Positions 8,988-16,061 of a DNA stretch of 64,000 nucleotides are shown in pieces; within the stretch, counting starts at the first letter, position 1; each line of letters begins with the position of its first letter. Below the pieces are notes generated by a model. The model saw only the letters and a list, made by a program, of their open reading frames with translations. It searched no databases and was not told the DNA's origin. This DNA comes from a virus. The position numbers and the translations under genes are program-made. The stretch spans positions 32,001 through 96,000 of the IMG/VR virus record IMGVR_UViG_3300032770_000009. One strand, given 5' to 3'.

Positions 8988-9114
8988 AGTCAAGAGTAAG
9001 AAACGATCTCGGAGTTTGAATCTTCAACAGGACTTGAACCTGTAACATTTTCTTTTAAAGAGAAACTATCTGCCATTGATATATGAAGTAACCGAAATCA
9101 AACGCACCTTGACT
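8988..9114 (-). ncRNA. Y-RNA-like unit 5: non-permuted tRNA module with UUA anticodon
   Basis: CUUCA/UGAAG acceptor-like stem, UAUC-AAUGGCA-GAUA, UUUCU-CUUUAAA-AGAAA, ACAGG-UUCAAGU-CCUGU. Confidence 0.75.
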
Positions 9115-9117
9115 TAG

Positions 9118-9190
9118 AGGTCCATGCCGGATTCGAACCGGATAAAGTGAGGTTGCAACTCACCGCCTAAGCCTTTTCAGCCACAGGACC
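9118..9190 (-). tRNA. tRNA-Cys(GCA)
   Basis: Cloverleaf; GTGAG-TTGCAAC-CTCAC; U73. Confidence 0.9.
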
Positions 9191-9195
9191 ATTAA

Positions 9196-9348
9196 ATTCC
9201 TAGAGATTGAGCACCTTACGGGTTAAAATATTTTATTTCACCATCAGCAGTTTAAGAGCTGCTGACTAGGATTTGAACCTAGAATCTCAAAATTGATAGT
9301 TTTGTGTGTTTACCTTTGAAGTAGCCGTTAGGTAGTGCACCTAGGAAT
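9196..9348 (-). ncRNA. Y-RNA-like unit 6: tRNA(AUC) module permuted in the D-loop
   Basis: GGUAAACAC, CAAAA-CUAUCAA-UUUUG, CUAGG-UUCAAAU-CCUAG, UCAGCAG/CUGCUGA closed by a loop, then UGGUG. Confidence 0.78.
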
Positions 9349-9387
9349 GTCCACAACACTAGGAGGTACAGTATGGTGGAATTTACT

Positions 9388-9519
9388 GTTCAGAGAATAA
9401 GTTAGACTCAGTGACGATTTCAACCTCCACACCCGCGTGTGGCGCTCTCTAGCTTGAGCTATAACGCAAGGACTTAACCTTTGCTGCATTAGAAGTAACT
9501 GTGTCTTTTGCACCTGAAC
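9388..9519 (-). ncRNA. Y-RNA-like unit 7: acceptor-D-anticodon-like module apparently opened at the T-arm
   Basis: UAAUGC/GCGUUA stem, UA-GCUC-AAGCUAGA-GAGC D-arm, CCACAC/GUGUGG hairpin. Confidence 0.65.
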
Positions 9520-9522
9520 TAG

Positions 9523-9595
9523 TAGTGATAACTGGATTTGAACCAGTGACCGGCAGGATATGAATCTGCTGCTCTACCAACTGAGCTATACCACT
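9523..9595 (-). tRNA. tRNA-Met or Ile2 (CAU)
   Basis: Cloverleaf; loop TTCATAT. Confidence 0.85.
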
Positions 9596-9635
9596 AGGTG
9601 TGGGACTTGCACCCACTAGTTATCCCAACTCTGTA

Positions 9636-9717
9636 AATCTGGAGTATAAATCGGCTACTGTGTCTTTTGGATAACTATAGCGTTGTTTGAAGTATCAGTG
9701 ACCTTCGCACCCAGATT
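9636..9717 (-). ncRNA. Y-RNA-like unit 8: minimal scaffold
   Basis: AAUCUGGGUGCGAAGG...AUACUUC...UAUACUCCAGAUU with a short insert and no tRNA arm. Confidence 0.7.
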
Positions 9718-9725
9718 AAGATTAC

Positions 9726-9820
9726 TGTTCTAGAATATATAACGCATCACGGTCGGTTTCTACCATGGTGGCTTAAAAGGCTACTGTTTGAAGTAACCGT
9801 AATGCTTTGCACCTAGAACA
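9726..9820 (-). ncRNA. Y-RNA-like unit 9: isolated Lys(UUU)-like anticodon stem-loop
   Basis: Scaffold conserved; insert GUAGC-CUUUUAA-GCCAC (one mismatch). Confidence 0.68.
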
Positions 9821-9823
9821 TAG

Positions 9824-9899
9824 ACGCGGGAGTGAGATTCGAACTCACGTAGAACGGCTTATGAGACCGTGCTGGAACCGAACTCCAGTCTATCCCGCA
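9824..9899 (-). tRNA. tRNA-Met(CAU), initiator-like
   Basis: Cloverleaf; weak 1:72 pair; loop CTCATAA. Confidence 0.8.
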
Positions 9900-9908
9900 G
9901 TGTTTAAA

Positions 9909-9990
9909 ACTCAGAGAATAATTTGAAAACAGCGCATTTACAGACCAATGTGAATAGTGTTTGAAGTAACTGTCTTCTTTGCACCTGAGT
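9909..9990 (-). ncRNA. Y-RNA-like unit 10: minimal scaffold
   Basis: ACUCAGGUGCAAAG...GUUACUUC...UAUUCUCUGAGU. Confidence 0.7.
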
Positions 9991-9998
9991 AGTATTTT

Positions 9999-10056
9999 GG
10001 AATTAACTGGGATCTGATGTGCCGCTTAAGGGATGGGTTGTGCCACTGTTAATTCC
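9999..10056 (-). ncRNA. Stem-loop carrying 2 x GGCAC-N5-AUCCC (copy B)
   Basis: GGAAUUAAC/GUUAAUUCC closing stem; loop almost identical to 4564-4624. Confidence 0.55.
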
Positions 10057-10059
10057 TTG

Positions 10060-10130
10060 TAGCCCTACAGGGACTCGAACCCTGTTTACAAGATTGAAAG
10101 TCTTGTTTCCTACCTATAGAAGATAGGGCC
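10060..10130 (-). tRNA. tRNA-Glu(UUC)
   Basis: Cloverleaf; CAAGA-CTTTCAA-TCTTG. Confidence 0.9.
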
Positions 10131-10197
10131 ACGATCAGCAAGACTGCTGTGTCACTTAGCTAGCTTCGTTTCGTGTCTCTGCCTTGCTGATGTAACC

Positions 10198-10250
10198 ATC
10201 CTACCAGACCCGCGCCCCTTTGTCAAATCGGGGCGAATCGGACATTTCGG
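10198..10250 (-). promoter_or_regulatory. Sigma70-type promoter plausibly driving tRNA-Glu, the Y-RNA array and rsr
   Basis: TTGACA-N17-TAGGAT; AATCGGACATTTC box upstream. Confidence 0.65.
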
Positions 10251-10403
10251 GCTACTCTCGAAGCTCTGCTAACTTATCGTGAGCTTCTTTAAAATCATTT
10301 GTGATTAACTCAACTTCAGCAGTAACAGGAACATCTTCCGAATCATCAGTGATTTCCACTTTACCGAATCTATCAGTGTAGACGTAATAAGTCATTGTAC
10401 ACC

Positions 10404-11417
10404 CTAATTAATAAGAAGAAGAGAAGTGCCGCCGATAAGTTTACGGTTCAAAGCAGTAGACTGCACAAAGATAGTATAGTTAGCGTACTGTGTACTAGAT
10501 GGATCTACATCTACTGTGTGATCAGGCAGGCCAAGCAACTGCCTAGCTTGAGGACCAGTGTAGATCTTCCCCCCGAAACCAATAGCGATATTCTTTTGCG
10601 GCTGAATTGTTTCCTTCTTAGTAAGTTGATAGTAAGCTTTACCGATAATAAGCTTCCTTCCAGTGTGGTCGTAGACGAATTCGTCTACTCTCTGGTCAAA
10701 AGGCACCGCTATAAGCTGGTGTGTTCCTGGTGACAAAGCATTAAGAGACAACTTAATGTCCGACTCTGTTACCCTATTAAGACTAAACAGGTTCTTACTG
10801 CTTCTGATACCCATAGACCTGTTAGTCATAAAGGTAGTAGAAGCTTGACGAACAATATGTCCTACTGTTTCAAGTCCCTTAGCAGATGTTGTATCCCAGA
10901 TTATTACGTTTTCTTTAGGGAATCCGTACTTTACAGCATAGTTAACACCTGTCTGGTTAGGTACGAAACAAGCATAAGACCAGTTTCCCTTGCCGTCAAG
11001 GACAGAAAAGTTTGACTTTAGAGTCAATGCACTGTGTGAAGAACTGTTTTCGTCACCATCAGTAATCACGTACATTAGGAAAGCGTGCTCACCGTATAGT
11101 GTAGCGGTCTTATCAAGGTCTTCCATTGCCTTAATGGTGGCGTCAATAAGAGCTGTACCACCAGAAGCACGGTACATTCCCTTAATAGACTGCATTCTCA
11201 GCACATCCATATCGTATGCAAGGCACTTGATATGATTGTATCCGGAAGAGAATGTGTATACAGTAACTCTTGTTTCCTGTTCCTGAGCTATAGATTGCTC
11301 AGCTAAGTGCTTTACTGTGTCATCTACTACACTAACTACAGTATTTGTTAAGTAATTCATGCTGCCTGATGCGTCTATAACTAAGACAACATGGTTAATA
11401 AAGTTTTTAAGTGCCAA
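10404..11417 (-). CDS. von Willebrand factor A domain protein
   Basis: VVLVIDASGSM MIDAS, GGTALIDA and VITDGDENSS; extra C-terminal domain. Confidence 0.85.
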   Translation of the reverse strand: MALKNFINHVVLVIDASGSMNYLTNTVVSVVDDTVKHLAEQSIAQEQETRVTVYTFSSGYNHIKCLAYDMDVLRMQSIKGMYRASGGTALIDATIKAMEDLDKTATLYGEHAFLMYVITDGDENSSSHSALTLKSNFSVLDGKGNWSYACFVPNQTGVNYAVKYGFPKENVIIWDTTSAKGLETVGHIVRQASTTFMTNRSMGIRSSKNLFSLNRVTESDIKLSLNALSPGTHQLIAVPFDQRVDEFVYDHTGRKLIIGKAYYQLTKKETIQPQKNIAIGFGGKIYTGPQARQLLGLPDHTVDVDPSSTQYANYTIFVQSTALNRKLIGGTSLLLIN

Positions 11418-11637
11418 AATACCCTCCTAGATAGTGAAAATAGGGTCTAAATGACCCTATTTTCAGTTAAATATAGACAAAAACGGTCAGTTAGTCAAAC
11501 GTGCCGCCTGTATTTGTTACTTCTGTAGCTGAAACAAGCTTCTGAGAAGTCCAGCCTAGTGCCCAGCCTTCATTAGCAACAGGAACACCCCATAAAAAGT
11601 ACATGTTATTCTGCTCATGTGCTGAAATTTGCATAAT

Positions 11638-12213
11638 TTAACCAACGTTTGTAGAAGCAATAATCAAAAGTGCGTTCATTGTTACATAGAAACGCATCTG
11701 AGGGTTAGGATAAGCAACTGTAACACCGTTTGTGTTGTAGTTTCCGCCCTGAGAAGTCCAGCCAGGAACGTTAGCGTGACTTAATGTCGCGTTATCGTAG
11801 CCTAATGGGTATACGCCATCATCAGATGTGCCCAAAGCAGCATTAAGTACGATCTGGAAACCCGCATAACCAACCGCGTTAGCATACTCATTGTAAGAAA
11901 CAGAGTTAGAATAGTTAGAAGCAAGCTCCTGTAGTGACTGCCCGTTAGCTGAAACTTGAGTAATAGACACAAGAGTAGGCAAAATCACCGTTGAACCAGT
12001 AGAACCGCCACCTGTACCGTTGTCAGAGAAGAAAATCCTTGACGGATTAACGCCTTGCTGGTCTAAAATACCGGCTACATAAACTGTAGAGCCTGGTGTG
12101 TACACGCCGTTAGTGAAAGAATAAGTTGCAGCATCGGTTGGAGTACCCGCGCTACGTTGAAATGTAGTGTTAATAACAGGAAACCCTGCTAGATTTGCTA
12201 CTGAAAGAGCCAT
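11638..12213 (-). CDS. Hypothetical protein, possibly virion-associated; paralog of 13943..14314
   Basis: Shares LSVxNLxGxP, FTNGV, YxAGxLD, LPTL..QVS and C-terminal LLI motifs. Confidence 0.6.
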   Translation of the reverse strand: MALSVANLAGFPVINTTFQRSAGTPTDAATYSFTNGVYTPGSTVYVAGILDQQGVNPSRIFFSDNGTGGGSTGSTVILPTLVSITQVSANGQSLQELASNYSNSVSYNEYANAVGYAGFQIVLNAALGTSDDGVYPLGYDNATLSHANVPGWTSQGGNYNTNGVTVAYPNPQMRFYVTMNALLIIASTNVG

Positions 12214-12259
12214 GTTAACTCCCTAATGGAATAATATTACTCTCACAGTATACACTAAG

Positions 12260-12331
12260 AGCGAATGACGAGACTCGAACTCGCAGTCATAGCTTGGAAG
12301 GCTATTGGTTTAACCGTTAACCAACATTCGC
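12260..12331 (-). tRNA. tRNA-Gly(UCC)
   Basis: Cloverleaf; ATAGC-CTTCCAA-GCTAT. Confidence 0.9.
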
Positions 12332-12332
12332 A

Positions 12333-12417
12333 TGGTGCCCCCACTCAGATTCGAACTGAGACGCAATAAAGCACGGGGTTTAAATCCGTTGGATAGACCT
12401 GATTCTCCTATAGGGGC
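12333..12417 (-). tRNA. tRNA-Leu(UAA) with encoded CCA
   Basis: Cloverleaf with long variable arm; loop TTTAAAC. Confidence 0.8.
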
Positions 12418-12440
12418 TTTAGAGAAACAGAGTAACGCAC

Positions 12441-12815
12441 CTATTTCATTGTTTCATCCGACTGAATGTCGGAAGTTTTGTCTAGCCTCGGCACTTTGAA
12501 GGCCAGAATACCTTCCCTAACCATAGCATCTACTACGTCTTGCCTGTCATCATAGAAAATATGAAGGTCAAGTGCCTTAGCTTGTGCCACCTTAAGGGCT
12601 GGTGCCTCTCTTGGATGCCTGAAAGCAACCTCATACACACCATCAACATAAGGTGTGTATGAAAGCACCTGCTCCATTATGGTACCCTTACGCCTCGGTC
12701 CAATAGCAGAGATGACATATACTTTGTCACCGTAAGAAATATGACGTCGCATAAGATTAACTATCTGATTAGGCCATGCGTCTAGAACATTATGGTAGTC
12801 GAATCCTACTCTCAC
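12441..12815 (-). CDS. HAD-superfamily phosphatase-like protein
   Basis: VGFDYHNVLD, VYVISA, K, FYDDR motif pattern. Confidence 0.6.
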   Translation of the reverse strand: MRVGFDYHNVLDAWPNQIVNLMRRHISYGDKVYVISAIGPRRKGTIMEQVLSYTPYVDGVYEVAFRHPREAPALKVAQAKALDLHIFYDDRQDVVDAMVREGILAFKVPRLDKTSDIQSDETMK

Positions 12816-13001
12816 TTAATGGTCCCTCCTATGTGCGGGTACAGGACAGTGACGAATATGATTACTGCACGCAAGTTCGTCACAGTGAATTTTCAGTATA
12901 CCTACTTTAGCGTGGTCACACTTTGTACTTGTGCAAACCGGATCGCCTTTTCTGTGCTTACCCCGCACGGCCATTATCCTTTTTCCTCCTATTTGATTAC
13001 G

Positions 13002-13074
13002 TGCCCGTCCTGGGATTTGAACCCAGACTGTATAAGGTTTGAGCTTATTATCTCTACCGTTGGAATAGGCGGGC
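13002..13074 (-). tRNA. tRNA-Leu(CAA) with short variable region
   Basis: Cloverleaf; ATAAG-CTCAAAC-CTTAT; no long variable arm. Confidence 0.8.
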
Positions 13075-13197
13075 TTACGTGAGAGAAAAGAGCATTTATA
13101 GGCTATCTTCAGCTCTTACTCTGCTAGTATTTCTCAGACAGCCCGCGAATACTATGCAATAGCCTCTCACTGAGCACAGTTAGCAAGACTGTACTTG

Positions 13198-13269
13198 TGG
13201 TTCAGTCTGGAATCGAACCAGCGCCCATTGCTTTTCAGGCAATCGCTCTACCGACTAAGCTACAGAACC
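13198..13269 (-). tRNA. tRNA-Phe(GAA)
   Basis: Cloverleaf; loop CTGAAAA. Confidence 0.9.
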
Positions 13270-13442
13270 ATTTTTTCTAATACCACTGGTGACTATCATT
13301 GTTAGTGCAAACATGCTCTTGCAACATAGCATGTCCTCTTGTCAGATCACATGACCCGTCACATCGTGGACATTTTGCAGGACAAGGGTCTTTGCCTCTG
13401 TAAACTATATTAAGTCCCATTTAATCCTCCTTATCATAACAG

Positions 13443-13525
13443 TACCCCGCAAGGGATTTGAACCCTCACACCGTCACCGATACTAGATCCTAAGTCTAGC
13501 GCGTCTGCCATTCCGCCAACGGGGC
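13443..13525 (-). tRNA. tRNA-Leu(UAG)
   Basis: Cloverleaf with variable arm; loop CTTAGGA. Confidence 0.9.
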
Positions 13526-13731
13526 ATTGTGGCCGTATTTGACAGGTTCGGCTTCCTGATTTACGGTTTTGCTTCCGCTCTCCCCGTACTAGCCTCATAC
13601 GGATTATCAAGTTTATCAGAACAGTGATTATCTCAGCAAGTCTCCTAGACAAATTTGTACTTGCGCCAGACTATACTTCGCGTTTGCCACATTGCTGTAT
13701 AGCCGAACTGTCCTGTTCCTGTAGCACTACG

Positions 13732-13811
13732 TGGGCCGCCTAGGGATCGAACCTAGCATGTCAAAGACGGCAGGGTTACAGCCTGCTTTCCCACCTTGGG
13801 AATTCCGACCC
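13732..13811 (-). tRNA. tRNA-Tyr(GUA)
   Basis: Cloverleaf with variable arm; loop CTGTAAC. Confidence 0.85.
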
Positions 13812-13888
13812 AAAACCTAGGCAATCCGGAGAAAACCTAGGAGTAATCTTAGATGACGACGTTACCGCCGCCCTGAGTTGATATTTAA

Positions 13889-13940
13889 AGCCTACCAGAC
13901 CCAACGTCCGATGTCAAATCGGACATTCAGGACAAACCGG
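13889..13940 (-). promoter_or_regulatory. Sigma70-type promoter with GGACA repeats
   Basis: TTGACA-N17-TAGGCT; CGGACATTCAGGACA upstream. Confidence 0.65.
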
Positions 13941-13942
13941 GA

Positions 13943-14314
13943 TTAACCGTAAGCTGTACCAGCAGTGATAAGCAAGCCGAATTCATCAAGATAAATCTGA
14001 GAATTGGCCGAAGTAGCGTCTGGAGAACCAGCAGAATAAGACAAAGTAACATAGTAAGCACCAGTCTTAGTGTTTCCTGCTGAATCAACAACACTTACCT
14101 GCTGTACTTGTGTCAGTGTCGGTAACGCTATGGATGTTCCGTCAGTGTAAAAGAACTTAGCTCTGTTCTCGCCGTCAAGATAACCGGCAATATAAGCACC
14201 CGCGTGTGTTGTAGAAACACCGTTAGTGTAAGTAAAGCTCGATGCGTCAACGTTAGTAGCTCCGCCCCACGCAGGGTAGCCACCTAAATTGTAAACTGAT
14301 AAACCTGCTGACAT
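13943..14314 (-). CDS. Hypothetical protein, possibly virion-associated; paralog of 11638..12213
   Basis: Shared motifs and the same upstream AGTGTATACTG..GTAATATT element. Confidence 0.6.
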   Translation of the reverse strand: MSAGLSVYNLGGYPAWGGATNVDASSFTYTNGVSTTHAGAYIAGYLDGENRAKFFYTDGTSIALPTLTQVQQVSVVDSAGNTKTGAYYVTLSYSAGSPDATSANSQIYLDEFGLLITAGTAYG

Positions 14315-14361
14315 ATTAGCAGCCTCTCATGAGAGAAATAATATTACAATGACAGTATACA

Positions 14362-14823
14362 CTAGGCTAGCAAGTAGTTCTCCGCTTGCTGTATATGAGA
14401 TCTTTGCAGTCCGTCAACATAATCAACAATTACCTGGTACCCGTTACTTTCGTACAAGTGATGCTGAAAGTCCCATTCGTCTTCTAGAGCTGCAAACTTG
14501 CGCCCATCAGCATATTTCTTTGCTGAGTAAGCCTTGTCTGCACCGACAGACGATGAAAACTTCCAAGGTTTCACCTGTATAAAGGGCAGTTCGGGCAATC
14601 CGACTTTTGGTGCTATATGTACTGGCGCTTGTGCACCCCACATAGTACACCATACAAGTTCAGAATCGGTTTTATCGGCTAGATCTAGCAGCCATGATCC
14701 GTGATTAGGATTCAAATGGACAGTAAAACCATTTATTTCGTATGTTACATGGTCTTTAGACGGACGGACGGGGTTAAGCACCCCGTCCACGTCTATCAGT
14801 ATCAAGTTACTTTTGATGGACAT
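14362..14823 (-). CDS. HAD domain protein, Swiss-Army-knife RNA-repair (HAD_SAK)-like
   Basis: LILIDVDGVLNP, ELVWCTMWG, FAALEDE, VDYVDGL; probable start MSIKS at 14823. Confidence 0.75.
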   Translation of the reverse strand: MSIKSNLILIDVDGVLNPVRPSKDHVTYEINGFTVHLNPNHGSWLLDLADKTDSELVWCTMWGAQAPVHIAPKVGLPELPFIQVKPWKFSSSVGADKAYSAKKYADGRKFAALEDEWDFQHHLYESNGYQVIVDYVDGLQRSHIQQAENYLLA

Positions 14824-15094
14824 AGTAGCCACCGTCAGCCCTGCGAGCACTCTTCGCCTTGCCACCGGAGTCTAGGAATTGCTGGTATTGTCTAGCAGTC
14901 ATGAATACTTCTCCAGAATGATCATGTCCCACATCGATAGGCTTACCGTGATTCTCAGCTTTGCCATTGCAGCCTTGCTTAATATGATCAATCTCTATAG
15001 GAAGACCACAGCATCCCCATGTTTTTCCAGACTTCTTCTTAAGACCGGCCGCCAAAGCCATTGCAGCCCTGAAAGCTGACTTGCTGATAGCCAT
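14807..15094 (-). CDS. Hypothetical protein
   Basis: ORF track; AGGAGG RBS. Confidence 0.55.
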   Translation of the reverse strand: MAISKSAFRAAMALAAGLKKKSGKTWGCCGLPIEIDHIKQGCNGKAENHGKPIDVGHDHSGEVFMTARQYQQFLDSGGKAKSARRADGGYYVHQK

Positions 15095-15120
15095 TGTTTC
15101 CTCCTTGTTTGTTTGTGCTA

Positions 15121-15198
15121 TGGTCTAGATAGAGGGATTCGAACCCCCGTTATGCCTGACCCCAAATCAGGTGCCATACCAAGCTAGGCGATATCTAG
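15121..15198 (-). tRNA. tRNA-Pro(UGG) with encoded CCA
   Basis: Cloverleaf; CCTGA-TTTGGGG-TCAGG. Confidence 0.9.
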
Positions 15199-15202
15199 AA
15201 AC

Positions 15203-15272
15203 CGGGAGGTTCTTCCATTAAACTACCATACCCATGAATAGTGGATATGACCGGAGTCGAACCGGATTCCCC
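15203..15272 (-). ncRNA. Free-standing circularly permuted tRNA-like RNA (T-acceptor-D, opened at the anticodon loop)
   Basis: CGGGG...UCCCG closing stem; CCGG-UUCGACU-CCGG; CAUAUCC/GGGUAUG closed by a 9-nt loop; GUUU-AAUGGAA-GAAC. Confidence 0.65.
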
Positions 15273-15275
15273 GTG

Positions 15276-15348
15276 TGGACAGTAAGGGATTCGAACCCTT
15301 ATTCGCTTGCTTGCAAAGCAAGTGCCTTACCAGTCGTGCCAACCGCCC
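15276..15348 (-). tRNA. tRNA-Ala(UGC)
   Basis: Cloverleaf; G3:U70; CTTGC-TTTGCAA-GCAAG. Confidence 0.9.
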
Positions 15349-15701
15349 ATTGTGCCGCTTACGCGGCGGTACTACTAGAAAACCATGTCGATAAACGCAT
15401 CGAATTCTGCGTCTAGGATATCCTGCTGTGCTCTTTGCATTTCATAAGCAGCAGCACGGCGATTACCCATAGCCAGATCCATCTGTGCTCTTTGCTGAGC
15501 CATCTGAGCATCTTCCAGATCCATAATTTCATCGAACTCAATAAAATCCATTAGTCCTCCTAAAACTTGTTACCGTAGTCTGATGGCATTACAATCCAGT
15601 TTCCGCCATCCCAGTATCTTACTACACCATCCATGTCAACCCATTGCTCATACGTATAAGGGTTATCTGGCGGATCTTGTGTTCTTATTGATTTATTCAC
15701 G

Positions 15702-15731
15702 TTGGGCGACTGGGACTTGAACCCAGGACTA
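15702..15731 (-). pseudogene. 3' half (variable loop, T-arm, acceptor) of a split tRNA
   Basis: UAGUC-CUGGG-UUCAAGU-CCCAG-UCGCCCA-A; acceptor strand pairs with 16491-16497. Confidence 0.75.
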
Positions 15732-15956
15732 TGAAGCAGTAGACATCTTTACGATATAAATTCCCATAGCAACAGCAGCAAAGAAAGATACTGTGCCCAA
15801 AGCTGGGTACTTCTTTATAAGAGCATGGGAACCTGCTATTGCAAGATAAGTCCCTGTAACCATAACAACAGCAGCTTGTTCCTCTGGTGTCATTGCTGAT
15901 ACTACATTTTCATAGTCTTGCATACTAGAGAAGCCCATAAATTCTGTTTCATTCAT
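15729..15956 (-). CDS. Small membrane protein inside the split tRNA
   Basis: 75 aa with two hydrophobic segments; its TAG stop lies in the variable loop of the 3' tRNA half. Confidence 0.6.
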   Translation of the reverse strand: MNETEFMGFSSMQDYENVVSAMTPEEQAAVVMVTGTYLAIAGSHALIKKYPALGTVSFFAAVAMGIYIVKMSTAS

Positions 15957-15987
15957 TTAATTCTCCGAATCTGTAAAATTGTTAAAG

Positions 15988-16061
15988 TTGGGATAGAAGG
16001 AATTGAACCTTCTCAAAGTGTTTATAAGACACTTTCCGTCAAACCGTTCGGACCTACCCCA
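15988..16061 (-). tRNA. tRNA-Ile(UAU)
   Basis: Cloverleaf; AGTGT-CTTATAA-ACACT; overlapped by the end of the endonuclease ORF. Confidence 0.8.

Noticed and set aside
8988-9114. Alternative genetic code (UAA recoding)
   Set aside because: Well-conserved genes such as polA, recA and the helicase end normally at TAA and are not fragmented under the standard code.
8402-9990. CRISPR array interpretation of the repeated GAAGTA..GCACC units
   Set aside because: Repeats are not identical. Conservation is in covarying stems that enclose the variable part, unit lengths range from about 80 to 160 nt, and real tRNAs are interspersed. No cas operon is present; the Cas4-like gene sits in the replication block.
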